Part shown: positions 26,340 to 37,000 of the stretch, one piece after another
Layout: every line of letters starts with the position of its first letter
How positions within the stretch are numbered: position 1 is the first letter of the stretch
Source of the DNA: Eledone cirrhosa
Taxonomy: Eukaryota
Direction: 5' to 3'
DNA: 64,000 nt
Assembly (NCBI GenBank): GCA_964016885.1
Contig: OZ024741.1
Location: forward strand, 264,492,001 to 264,556,000
Notes under the pieces: model-generated
The model's input: the letters and a program-made list of their open reading frames with translations, nothing else
Told to the model about the DNA's origin: nothing
Databases searched by the model: none
Program-made: the position numbers and the translations under genes

Positions 26340-28223
26340 ATGGCGGAGCCACGCCCCCTAGAGGCGGGTCTGCTGTCGTGCAACGGCGACTTGAGCGTTG
26401 AGAGGAGAGGTGAGGCGAGGAGCGCCACCAGCACGAATGTGAGCAGCGACAGTGCCAGCACCAACGGGCCGAGCGGCGCGGAAGGTGGTAACAGCGACAA
26501 CACCAACACCAACAAGCCGAACAGCGCAGAAGGTGGTAATAGCGAGAGCACCAACAAAACGAACAGCACAGAGAGTAATAGTAGCGACAGCAACAGCACC
26601 AACAAGGCCAACAGCACAGAGGGTAACCACGACACAGGGGAGAACAACAACAGCAATAGCAGCAGCAACACCAACAAGAACACTTTCGCTGCTGTGGCAG
26701 CGGCTAAAAGGAGACCATGCTACAGCATCGACTTAACCAACAGAGAGGAAAAGTTGGCCCAGGCCTGGAAAATCATAAATCAAGAGCAGACCTGGGCAAA
26801 CTTAACTGTCCCGGCAGAAGCCATTGAGGCAGTGGAAAAAAGAACGGTGCATTTCAGATGCATCTCAGTAGAGACAAAGAGGGCAGCGATAATCGCCCAA
26901 GCTGACATAGAAGCCGCACTGAAATACATCAGAGAGGACACAGACTTCATAGAGAGGGGCAGGCAATACGGCACCGTTTCGGTGCTGTTCAAGTCTGAAG
27001 CCCTCGCTGTGAAGCATTCAATGACCCCTTGCAAAACCAGCAAGGTTATAATGTACCCCTCCCACATGGGAAAACGAATAGCACGTGTGCGCATTCCCAG
27101 GATTCCACCAGGACTTGATATGTGGTGGCTCCTGGGTTGCGTAATCGTGGAAGGAACGGATACAGTCCCGGTAGAGGCAACGAGAACTGCCAGGGACGAC
27201 TGGTCCGGGGTTGATCTGGAGATACTGCTCCAAATCAGACCCGAAAACGTGAAAGCAATCCCGGACCACATCCGCCTCCAAAACGGGAGGGTGTTGCATA
27301 TAATGACTGAGGGCAAAAGGCCACATTGTTTCCTTTGTGGGGAAACGACACACTTGCGAGCCTTCTGCCCTCAACTGCCAAAAAGCGCAAGGGGTCGAAA
27401 GATTCCACTGCTGGCGACGCCGGGACAAGGACCACCAGCAACACCGTCAACAATGGAACCACCAAAATTGCACACCCAGGGGGGAAACGAGGAAAGCTCT
27501 CCCATTCCCCCTCCCCCCCAAAATACACACACGAACAAGAACATAAACACTCACTCAGACACAAACACGCTCACAGCCACAGACCCCTCATCCTCCAGCA
27601 GTGAAGATGAGGGAAAACCAAAGTCCCCCAAAATACAAAAAACAAAACACAAAAAAAAAAGAAATCCACAAAGCACAAACACCCCCACAAAAAAAAATAC
27701 ACACACCACCCACACAAACATTTTCCCCACAGCATCACCAACACAACCACCAAAATCCCCCAAACGCAAACAAGCTAAACAGACACAAGAACAAATAGAC
27801 ACACAAACATCAGAAACTACAGACACCCCACCCACAACAAACGCAGACACAATAGAAACAACACTAACAAAGCTATCACCACCACAATCACACGAACAAA
27901 TAAAACCCGAGCAACAAAACATTAAAAACTTCGTGCTTGCCAGAAGGGCCAACACGGAATTGATGGCCCATGTAGCACGAAGCACAAACATCGAAAAAGA
28001 CGGGGAAACATTTGAAGCGAGCACATTTCGCGTACCAGATAATTTGCTTCTGATGCGAATGTCGCTCGCTTCATACAAAGAAATTCGAAAGAGCTTTCCT
28101 CGGGATGTGGGAACCCCGAACGTAAAACCCACGTCAAGACTATTAAAGGGGTTCCCAAAAGAAACCCCACAAACCATGGAGGTCGAACCACCCGACCTTC
28201 ACAAGACCCCGGAAGGTAAGTAA
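26340..28223 (+). CDS. Tx1 ORF1 nucleic-acid-binding protein (627 aa)
   Basis: aaacATGG start; S/N-rich N-terminus; CFLCGETTHLRAFC CCHC knuckle; position upstream of ORF2. Confidence 0.9.
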   Translation: MAEPRPLEAGLLSCNGDLSVERRGEARSATSTNVSSDSASTNGPSGAEGGNSDNTNTNKPNSAEGGNSESTNKTNSTESNSSDSNSTNKANSTEGNHDTGENNNSNSSSNTNKNTFAAVAAAKRRPCYSIDLTNREEKLAQAWKIINQEQTWANLTVPAEAIEAVEKRTVHFRCISVETKRAAIIAQADIEAALKYIREDTDFIERGRQYGTVSVLFKSEALAVKHSMTPCKTSKVIMYPSHMGKRIARVRIPRIPPGLDMWWLLGCVIVEGTDTVPVEATRTARDDWSGVDLEILLQIRPENVKAIPDHIRLQNGRVLHIMTEGKRPHCFLCGETTHLRAFCPQLPKSARGRKIPLLATPGQGPPATPSTMEPPKLHTQGGNEESSPIPPPPQNTHTNKNINTHSDTNTLTATDPSSSSSEDEGKPKSPKIQKTKHKKKRNPQSTNTPTKKNTHTTHTNIFPTASPTQPPKSPKRKQAKQTQEQIDTQTSETTDTPPTTNADTIETTLTKLSPPQSHEQIKPEQQNIKNFVLARRANTELMAHVARSTNIEKDGETFEASTFRVPDNLLLMRMSLASYKEIRKSFPRDVGTPNVKPTSRLLKGFPKETPQTMEVEPPDLHKTPEGK

Positions 28224-28252
28224 ACCTTTCCTCTCCCATTCATCCTGCCAGC

Positions 28253-31200
28253 ATGGCCATAAGAGTAGGAAGTTTAAATGTTCGTGGCCTGGGGTCGCCC
28301 TGGAAGCAAGGTCACTTGCTCAACGACCTCAGGTCACTAGGAATGGATGTAATTGCCATCAGCGAGACCAGAATTTCCGACACACGCGCACTGGCGCCGA
28401 TTTTCGACGATTATCAGATCTTTGCATCTGTTAGTCGGCCGGGAATGGGAGGTGGAGTGGCTGTGCTGTTTAGGAAATGTCTGGATCTCGAGGTAAGGTC
28501 AATCTTCCGGGATCCTGACGGAAAGTTGGTGGTCCTGGACGTGAGCAATAGCGAAGGTGGTGCCTTTAGACTGGTGGCCGTCTACGCCCCTACTGGGGCC
28601 GGTCGGCCGGACTTCTTTAGGCGCCTGGAAAACTTTCTGCTTACGTCTCGCCCTTTACTGTTAATAGGGGATTGGAATGGCATCTTAGAAGCACGCTGGG
28701 ATTGTGTGGGAGTATCTGATAGGAGCGGGGGGTGCAAAAGCCTCAAGTACCTGATCAGCCAGTTTCAACTGTCTGACAGGTACCGACTAGATTTCCCTAA
28801 TGCGCCAGTATGGACCTGGACCAATCGCATAGGGTCATCTAGATCGTACATAGATAGGATTTTCATTAGGAAAAGAGATAGAAATAGTGTAGGATGTCCA
28901 CATTTTAAAACGGTTGCCTATTCAGATCACAAGCTTGTGATCTGTATGGTCGACCTAGATAAGACACGTAGGTTAGGACCTAGCTACTGGAAGCTAAACA
29001 TGTCGTTTCCGGCACGTAAAGCTTACAGGGACCGGGTCAACAACTTAGTTAAGCAAAAGTTGACAGGGGGGGTTGTCAACAACAGGTGGTGGGGGGCTCT
29101 CAAAAGAGAGATTAGAGCAACCTCGATAGGATTTAGCAAAGAAGTAGCAATAGAGAAAAATAGAAAGGAGGAGGGGCTGATAGCTAAGTTAGACGAGGCT
29201 ATTTGTAGTGGCATTGCAACAGACGTGCTAGCGGCGAGAATGGCACTAGACCATTTCTTCAATGCGAAACACGAAGGTTGCATTGTCAGAGCTAAGGCGC
29301 GTGCTCTGGGGAACGAGGGAACCAAAGCTGCCCGATGGGCTCGCTTTGCAGAGACGCAGCGTGGAAACAAAACCACAATTCGGTCTTTGACGGATCGAGA
29401 TGGACACGAACTGAGCGATTCCAAGCAGATGTGTGAGGCCTTTCGCCAGCACTTTGCTCGATTGTTCGGGAGGATGGGTGAGTCGGAGACGGCGGCGGAC
29501 TTCAGTCCCTACCTCGACGGCTTGCCACGCCTCTCGACGGCCGACGCTGAGCGCTGCGAAGAGCCGATAACATCAGTCGAAATTCAGGACGCCCTTGTCG
29601 GCTGCTCGAGTCGCAAGTCACCCGGTTTGGATGGTCTGCCCTACGAGCTTTACGTAAATATGCCAGACTTGTTCTCCGATCTCTTCGAAGCGCTCTACTG
29701 CAACTGGCAGCAGAACGGGAGCATTCCCAGTTCTGTGAGCCGTGGCGTAGTGACGCTGATAAGGAAAGACGAGAACAAGAGGGACACACTAGATAATTTC
29801 AGGCCCATAACCCTGCTCAACACAGAGTTTAAGATTTTGGCCAAGGTGTTAGCGAAAAGGTTGGCGCTTGTCGTCAAAGATTTGGTTGGGGAGGCGCAAA
29901 CTTGCGCAATCCCGACCAGGTCCATACACGACAACCTCCACCTCATGCGATACATCATAGAGAGGGTTGGGTGCAAACCTGGCTTCGGTGGGGCTCTGAT
30001 CAATTTAGATCAATCGAAAGCATTCGATAGGGTCGACCATCGGTACTTGGAGGCTGTCCTCGAGGCGGCTGGCTTCGGCCCCGTCTTCAGAAGCTGGATC
30101 GCTGCAATGTACAGCGGCATCTGCTCGGTGGTCAAAGTTAATGGCCACCTCTCGGAACCGTTTCAGATCTCTCGATCGGTCCGTCAAGGGTGCCCTCTCT
30201 CCTCACTTCTGTACGTATTGACTCTTGAGCCTCTACTGCGGAAGCTGGAGTTGTTGCAGGGCATCCCGCTCGAACCGGGACGCAGAAAGGCTGCGTCCGC
30301 TTATGCGGACGACATCACCGTGATGGTGTCGGACACCTCGGAAATCGAGGTGATCCGCACCCATTTGGAGGAATATGAAAGGTTGACGGGAGCAAAACTT
30401 AACCCGGAAAAGTCGGTGGGCTTGCAGCTCGGCACCTGGAGAGGCAAGTCCATGCCGTCCAACAGCGTCGTTGGGCGCTGGACAGACGGACCGGTAAAGT
30501 TGCTCGGGGTTTGGTTCGGACCAGACCTCCAGGTGGATAAGAATTGGGACGAGGTGACGAGCAGGATAGCCAACCTCACCCAGAAATGGGCTGAGAGAAA
30601 GCTATCACTGAAAGGGCGGGCGGAGGTGGCGAACGCGTACATCGCGTCCGTCATCTACTACCGCCTGACCGTCGTGCCTTGCCCCCGTCCACGCCTCGCC
30701 AATTTGGAACGGCTCCTTTTCAAATTTTTGTGGAGGGGACGGGTCCCGTTGGTGAGGCGGTCCATCTGCTGCCAGCACCCTCTTCGTGGAGGGCTGGGCA
30801 TGCCGTGGCTAATGATGCGCAGACATGCGCTGAGGCTGCGACATCTCCAGATATTTTGCCTAAACGGTGAACAGGTGTGGTCGCCGTTTGTTAGACGGGC
30901 CTTTCCGCAGCTCATCTCTTTGACTGAGCTGCAGTCCTGGGTCAAGAAGAGACCGAGACTGGGCGACTGGCATCTGGAATGTTGCCAGGCGCTCACTGCA
31001 CTCTGCAAGGTGGGCAATGCGGTCAGTGGAACTTCCACTCAAGATTTCTATAGAGGATTAGTGGAGGGCAAGTGCGATGACGTACTAGGAGAGGCTCTGG
31101 GCGTCAACGAAGTAGAACTGACCAGTATGTTCCGGAGGACTTTCGAGCCGGGGACGATGGATAACTTCCAGAAATCCCTCGCTTGGCAGTGCTACCGGGG

Positions 31201-31672
31201 GGCGCTGCCGGTTCGGGATAAACTCTACAGGCACGGAAGTGCTGTCAGACGAACCTGCCCGAGATGCGCGCAGAGCGACGAAACCGTTCTGCACGCACTC
31301 GTCCAGTGTCCGTGCATTGCTGACTTGTGGGGTTATGTCGAACAGCTATTGTCGCGTGTAGAACGGATCCGGCTATCGTCCGAGTCCATAGTGAAGATTG
31401 ACCCGCCGCCTTCTTTTGGTCAGGAAGGGCAGGCAATTTTCCTCTGCCTGGTGGCAGTAGCGAAAGAGGTTGCATGGTGGACCAGGTTGAAAGGACTGAA
31501 GACAGACACTTTTCTCTTCGGCCAATCCCTCATCAACTTCTTCAAGTTTCACTTGGAAAGGAAGGTGAGGGTGGAGAGAGAAGTGCTGCCCCCCAGTACA
31601 TTTACTGAAAGGTGGGTGAATGTGGCGAGAATGGCCCGCGTGAGTGGGCCTACTCTGATCATGCGCCTGTAG
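28253..31672 (+). CDS. Tx1 ORF2: APE endonuclease, reverse transcriptase, C-terminal zinc finger (1139 aa)
   Basis: LNVRGL, SET, GDWN, IDR, SDH; SPGLDG, RPITLLN, DQSKAFD, RQGCPLS, YADD; CPRC..H...C. Confidence 0.97.
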   Translation: MAIRVGSLNVRGLGSPWKQGHLLNDLRSLGMDVIAISETRISDTRALAPIFDDYQIFASVSRPGMGGGVAVLFRKCLDLEVRSIFRDPDGKLVVLDVSNSEGGAFRLVAVYAPTGAGRPDFFRRLENFLLTSRPLLLIGDWNGILEARWDCVGVSDRSGGCKSLKYLISQFQLSDRYRLDFPNAPVWTWTNRIGSSRSYIDRIFIRKRDRNSVGCPHFKTVAYSDHKLVICMVDLDKTRRLGPSYWKLNMSFPARKAYRDRVNNLVKQKLTGGVVNNRWWGALKREIRATSIGFSKEVAIEKNRKEEGLIAKLDEAICSGIATDVLAARMALDHFFNAKHEGCIVRAKARALGNEGTKAARWARFAETQRGNKTTIRSLTDRDGHELSDSKQMCEAFRQHFARLFGRMGESETAADFSPYLDGLPRLSTADAERCEEPITSVEIQDALVGCSSRKSPGLDGLPYELYVNMPDLFSDLFEALYCNWQQNGSIPSSVSRGVVTLIRKDENKRDTLDNFRPITLLNTEFKILAKVLAKRLALVVKDLVGEAQTCAIPTRSIHDNLHLMRYIIERVGCKPGFGGALINLDQSKAFDRVDHRYLEAVLEAAGFGPVFRSWIAAMYSGICSVVKVNGHLSEPFQISRSVRQGCPLSSLLYVLTLEPLLRKLELLQGIPLEPGRRKAASAYADDITVMVSDTSEIEVIRTHLEEYERLTGAKLNPEKSVGLQLGTWRGKSMPSNSVVGRWTDGPVKLLGVWFGPDLQVDKNWDEVTSRIANLTQKWAERKLSLKGRAEVANAYIASVIYYRLTVVPCPRPRLANLERLLFKFLWRGRVPLVRRSICCQHPLRGGLGMPWLMMRRHALRLRHLQIFCLNGEQVWSPFVRRAFPQLISLTELQSWVKKRPRLGDWHLECCQALTALCKVGNAVSGTSTQDFYRGLVEGKCDDVLGEALGVNEVELTSMFRRTFEPGTMDNFQKSLAWQCYRGALPVRDKLYRHGSAVRRTCPRCAQSDETVLHALVQCPCIADLWGYVEQLLSRVERIRLSSESIVKIDPPPSFGQEGQAIFLCLVAVAKEVAWWTRLKGLKTDTFLFGQSLINFFKFHLERKVRVEREVLPPSTFTERWVNVARMARVSGPTLIMRL

Positions 31673-32154
31673 GCTGGTGAATTCGAGAAGGAGAGGGGTG
31701 CCCTTCCCGGGTGCCCTAGGAGCGTCGGGTGGCTCAGGACTGGTGGGGTGCTTGAGTCAACCCTGGGTGGTGATCCCTCTTATTGGGGAACTTTCATTGT
31801 TGTATTTTTATTGTTATTTTGTCTTTTTGTTATTTATACTTACTCGATCTCTATGTAAACCCCCACTGTCCCTGTCTATTGTGTTGTCCCCTATATGTCG
31901 GCCCTTGTGGCCAATAAATGAAATCATTATTATTATTATTATTGACGAAAGTGGATGTACGTTTTTTGAAGCTCCGTGAGTAAGCAATTTTTTGAGGATT
32001 AATTGTAGAGAATTGTTTATTTTTTGTACCGCTGAAGCATTATAAGACATTAATTTGTATCCTGTGAAGGAATAACTCATAATATTTGGGCCTTTTGGCC
32101 CAAATATTTGAACTTTATTTTGAAAAAAAATAATAATTTTTTTCTCAAAAAAAC

Positions 32155-34038
32155 ATGGCGGAGCCACGCCCCCTAGAGGCGGGTCTGCTGTCGTGCAACG
32201 GCGACTTGAGCGTTGAGAGGAGAGGTGAGGCGAGGAGCGCCACCAGCACGAATGTGAGCAGCGACAGTGCCAGCACCAACGGGCCGAGCGGCGCGGAAGG
32301 TGGTAACAGCGACAACACCAACACCAACAAGCCGAACAGCGCAGAAGGTGGTAATAGCGAGAGCACCAACAAAACGAACAGCACAGAGAGTAATAGTAGC
32401 GACAGCAACAGCACCAACAAGGCCAACAGCACAGAGGGTAACCACGACACAGGGGAGAACAACAACAGCAATAGCAGCAGCAACACCAACAAGAACACTT
32501 TCGCTGCTGTGGCAGCGGCTAAAAGGAGACCATGCTACAGCATCGACTTAACCAACAGAGAGGAAAAGTTGGCCCAGGCCTGGAAAATCATAAATCAAGA
32601 GCAGACCTGGGCAAACTTAACTGTCCCGGCAGAAGCCATTGAGGCAGTGGAAAAAAGAACGGTGCATTTCAGATGCATCTCAGTAGAGACAAAGAGGGCA
32701 GCGATAATCGCCCAAGCTGACATAGAAGCCGCACTGAAATACATCAGAGAGGACACAGACTTCATAGAGAGGGGCAGGCAATACGGCACCGTTTCGGTGC
32801 TGTTCAAGTCTGAAGCCCTCGCTGTGAAGCATTCAATGACCCCTTGCAAAACCAGCAAGGTCATAATGTACCCCTCCCACATGGGAAAACGAATAGCACG
32901 TGTGCGCATTCCCAGGATTCCACCAGGACTTGATATGTGGTGGCTCCTGGGTTGCGTAATCGTGGAAGGAACGGATACAGTCCCGGTAGAGGCAACGAGA
33001 ACTGCCAGGGACGACTGGTCCGGGGTTGATCTGGAGATACTGCTCCAAATCAGACCCGAAAACGTAAAAACAATCCCGGACCACATCCGCCTCCAAAACG
33101 GGAGGGTGTTGCATATAATGACTGAGGGCAAAAGGCCGCATTGTTTCCTTTGTGGGGAAACGACACACTTGCGAGCCTTCTGCCCTCAACTGCCGAAAAG
33201 CGCAAGGGGTCGAAAGATTCCACTGCTGGCGACGCCGGGACAAGGACCACCAGCAACACCGTCAACAATGGAACCACCAAAATTGCACACCCAGGGGGGA
33301 AACGAGGAAAGCTCTCCCATTCCCCCTCCCCCCCAAAATACACACACGAACAAGAACATAAACACTCACTCAGACACAAACACGCTCACAGCCACAGACC
33401 CCTCATCCTCCAGCAGTGAAGATGAGGGAAAACCAAAGTCCCCCAAAATACAAAAAACAAAACACAAAAAAAAAAGAAATCCACAAAGCACAAACACCCC
33501 CACAAAAAAAAATACACACACCACCCACACAAACATTTTCCCCACAGCATCACCAACACAACCACCAAAATCCCCCAAACGCAAACAAGCTAAACAGACA
33601 CAAGAACAAATAGACACACAAACATCAGAAACTACAGACACCCCACCCACAACAAACGCAGACACAATAGAAACAACACTAACAAAGCTATCACCACCAC
33701 AATCACACGAACAAATAAAACCCGAGCAACAAAACATTAAAAACTTCGTGCTTGCCAGAAGGGCCAACAAGGAATTGATGGCCCATGTAGCACGAAGCAC
33801 AAACATCGAAAAAGACGGGGAAACATTTGAAGCGAGCACATTTCGCGTACCAGATAATTTGCTTCTGATGCGAATGTCGCTCGCTTCATACAAAGAAATT
33901 CGAAAGAGCTTTCCTCGGGACGTGGGAACCCCGAACGTAAAACCCACGTCAAGACTATTAAAGGGGTTCCCAAAAGAAACCCCACAAACCATGGAGGTCG
34001 AACCACCCGACCTTCACAAGACCCCGGAAGGTAAGTAA
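32155..34038 (+). CDS. Tx1 ORF1 (copy 2, 627 aa)
   Basis: Two amino-acid differences from copy 1 seen (KTIP, ANKE). Confidence 0.9.
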   Translation: MAEPRPLEAGLLSCNGDLSVERRGEARSATSTNVSSDSASTNGPSGAEGGNSDNTNTNKPNSAEGGNSESTNKTNSTESNSSDSNSTNKANSTEGNHDTGENNNSNSSSNTNKNTFAAVAAAKRRPCYSIDLTNREEKLAQAWKIINQEQTWANLTVPAEAIEAVEKRTVHFRCISVETKRAAIIAQADIEAALKYIREDTDFIERGRQYGTVSVLFKSEALAVKHSMTPCKTSKVIMYPSHMGKRIARVRIPRIPPGLDMWWLLGCVIVEGTDTVPVEATRTARDDWSGVDLEILLQIRPENVKTIPDHIRLQNGRVLHIMTEGKRPHCFLCGETTHLRAFCPQLPKSARGRKIPLLATPGQGPPATPSTMEPPKLHTQGGNEESSPIPPPPQNTHTNKNINTHSDTNTLTATDPSSSSSEDEGKPKSPKIQKTKHKKKRNPQSTNTPTKKNTHTTHTNIFPTASPTQPPKSPKRKQAKQTQEQIDTQTSETTDTPPTTNADTIETTLTKLSPPQSHEQIKPEQQNIKNFVLARRANKELMAHVARSTNIEKDGETFEASTFRVPDNLLLMRMSLASYKEIRKSFPRDVGTPNVKPTSRLLKGFPKETPQTMEVEPPDLHKTPEGK

Positions 34039-34067
34039 ACCTTTCCTCTCCCATTCATCCTGCCAGC

Positions 34068-37000
34068 ATGGCCATAAGAGTAGGAAGTTTAAATGTTCGT
34101 GGCCTGGGGTCGCCCTGGAAGCAAGGTCACTTGCTCAACGACCTCAGGTCACTAGGAATGGATGTAATTGCCATCAGCGAGACCAGAATTTCCGACACAC
34201 GCGCACTGGCGCCGATTTTCGACGATTATCAGATCTTTGCATCTGTTAGTCGGCCGGGAATGGGAGGTGGAGTGGCTGTGCTGTTTAGGAAATGTCTGGA
34301 TCTCGAGGTAAGGTCAATCTTCCGGGATCCTGACGGAAAGTTGGTGGTCCTGGACGTGAGCAATAGCGAAGGTGGTGCCTTTAGACTGGTGGCCGTCTAC
34401 GCCCCTACTGGGGCCGGTCGGCCGGACTTCTTTAGGCGCCTGGAAAACTTTCTGCTTACGTCTCGCCCTTTACTGTTAATAGGGGATTGGAATGGCATCT
34501 TAGAAGCACGCTGGGATTGTGTGGGAGTATCTGATAGGAGCGGGGGGTGCAAAAGCCTCAAGTACCTGATCAGCCAGTTTCAACTGTCTGACAGGTACCG
34601 ACTAGATTTCCCTAATGCGCCAGTATGGACCTGGACCAATCGCATAGGGTCATCTAGATCGTACATAGATAGGATTTTCATTAGGAAAAGAGATAGAAAT
34701 AGTGTAGGATGTCCACATTTTAAAACGGTTGCCTATTCAGATCACAAGCTTGTGATCTGTATGGTCGACCTAGATAAGACACGTAGGTTAGGACCTAGCT
34801 ACTGGAAGCTAAACATGTCGTTTCCGGCACGTAAAGCTTACAGGAACCGGGTCAACAACTTAGTTAAGCAAAAGTTGACAGGGGGGGTTGTCAACAACAG
34901 GTGGTGGGGGGCACTCAAAAGAGAGATTAGAGCAACCTCGATAGGATTTAGCAAAGAAGTAGCAATAGAGAAAAATAGAAAGGAGGAGGGGCTGATAGCT
35001 AAGTTAGACGAGGCTATTTGTAGTGGCATTGCAACAGACGTGCTAGCGGCGAGAATGGCACTAGACCATTTCTTCAATGCGAAACACGAAGGTTGCATTG
35101 TCAGAGCTAAGGCGCGTGCTCTGAGGAACGAGGGAACCAAAGCTGCCCGATGGGCTCGCTTTGCAGAGACGCAGCGTGGAAATAAAACCACAATTCGGTC
35201 TTTGACGGATCGAGATGGACACGAACTGAGCGATTCCAAGCAGATGTGTGAGGCCTTTCGCCAGCACTTTGCTCGATTGTTCGGGAGGATGGGTGAGTCG
35301 GAGACGGCGGCGGACTTCAGTCCCTACCTCGACGGCTTGCCACGCCTCTCGACGGCCGACGCTGAGCGCTGCGAAGAGCCGATAACATCAGCCGAAATTC
35401 AGGACGCCCTTGTCGGCTGCTCGAGTCGCAAGTCACCCGGTTTGGATGGTCTGCCCTACGAGCTTTACGTAAATATGCCAGACTTGTTCTCCGATCTCCT
35501 CGAAGCGCTCTACTGCAACTGGCAGCAGAACGGGAGCATTCCCAGTTCTGTGAGCCGTGGCGTAGTGACGCTGATAAGGAAAGACGAGAACAAGAGGGAC
35601 ACACTAGATAATTTCAGGCCCATAACCCTGCTCAACACAGAGTTTAAGATTTTGGCCAAGGTGTTAGCGAAAAGGTTGGCGCTTGTCGTCAAAGATTTGG
35701 TTGGGGAGGCGCAAACTTGCGCAATCCCGACCAGGTCCATACACGACAACCTCCACCTCATGCGATACATCATAGAGAGGGTTGGGTGCAAACCTGGCTT
35801 CGGTGGGGCTCTGATCAATTTAGATCAATCGAAAGCATTCGATAGGGTCGACCATCGGTACTTGGAGGCTGTCCTCGAGGCGGCTGGCTTCGGCCCCGTC
35901 TTCAGAAGCTGGATCGCTGCAATGTACAGCGGCATCCGCTCGGTGGTCGAAGTTAATGGCCACCTCTCGGAACCGTTTCAGATCTCTCGATCGGTCCGTC
36001 AAGGGTGCCCTCTCTCCTCACTTCTGTACGTATTGACTCTTGAGCCTCTACTGCGGAAGCTGGAGTTGTTGCAGGGCATCCCGCTCGAACCGGGACGTAG
36101 AAAGGCTGCGTCCGCTTATGCGGACGACATCACCGTGATGGTGTCGGACACCTCGGAAATCGAGGTGATCCGCACCCATTTGGAGGAATATGAAAGGTTG
36201 ACGGGAGCAAAACTTAACCCGGAAAAGTCGGTGGGCTTGCAGCTCGGCACCTGGAGAGGCAAGTCCATGCCGTCCAACAGCGTCGTTGGGCGCTGGACAG
36301 ACGGACCGGTAAAGTTGCTCGGGGTTTGGTTCGGACCAGACCTCCAGGTGGATAAGAATTGGGACGAGGTGACGAGCAGGATAGCCAACCTCACCCAGAA
36401 ATGGGCTGAGAGAAAGCTATCACTGAAAGGGCGGGCGGAGGTGGCGAACGCGTACATCGCGTCCGTCATCTACTACCGCCTGACCGTCGTGCCTTGCCCC
36501 CGTCCACGCCTCGCTAATTTGGAACGGCTCCTTTTCAAATTTTTGTGGAGGGGACGGGTCCCGTTGGTGAGGCGGTCCATCTGCTGCCAGCACCCTCTTC
36601 GTGGAGGGCTGGGCATGCCGTGGCTAATGATGCGCAGACATGCGCTGAGGCTGCGACATCTCCAGATATTTTGCCTAAACGGTGAACAGGTGTGGTCGCC
36701 GTTTGTTAGACGGGCCTTTCCGCAGCTCATCTCTTTGACTGAGCTGCAGTCCTGGGTCAAGAAGAGACCGAGACTGGGCGACTGGCATCTGGAATGTTGC
36801 CAGGCGCTCACTGCACTCTGCAAGGTGGGCAATGCGGTCAGTGGAACTTCCACTCAAGATTTCTATAGAGGATTAGTGGAGGGCAAGTGCGATGACGTAC
36901 TAGGAGAGGCTCTGGGCGTCAACGAAGTAGAACTGACCAGTATGTTCCGGAGGACTTTCGAGCCGGGGACGATGGATAACTTCCAGAAATCCCTCGCTTG

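Larger units (their letters stand above)
26129..31943 (+). mobile_element. Tx1/L1-clade LINE, array copy 1 (intact, 5815 bp)
   Basis: 211-bp 5' UTR starting gacgaaagtgg, ORF1, 29-bp spacer, ORF2, 3' UTR with AATAAA, (ATT)6. Confidence 0.95.

Noticed and set aside
28216-28251. 36-nt mini-intron fusing ORF1 to ORF2 (GTAAGT..CCAG|CATG)
   Set aside because: Very short, does not put the ORF2 ATG in frame with ORF1, and the AG is absent in the diverged copy (ccaacATG)
26780-31475. Antisense ORFs of 100-200 aa inside the Tx1 copies
   Set aside because: Shadow frames, repeated only because the copies are near-identical; no motifs
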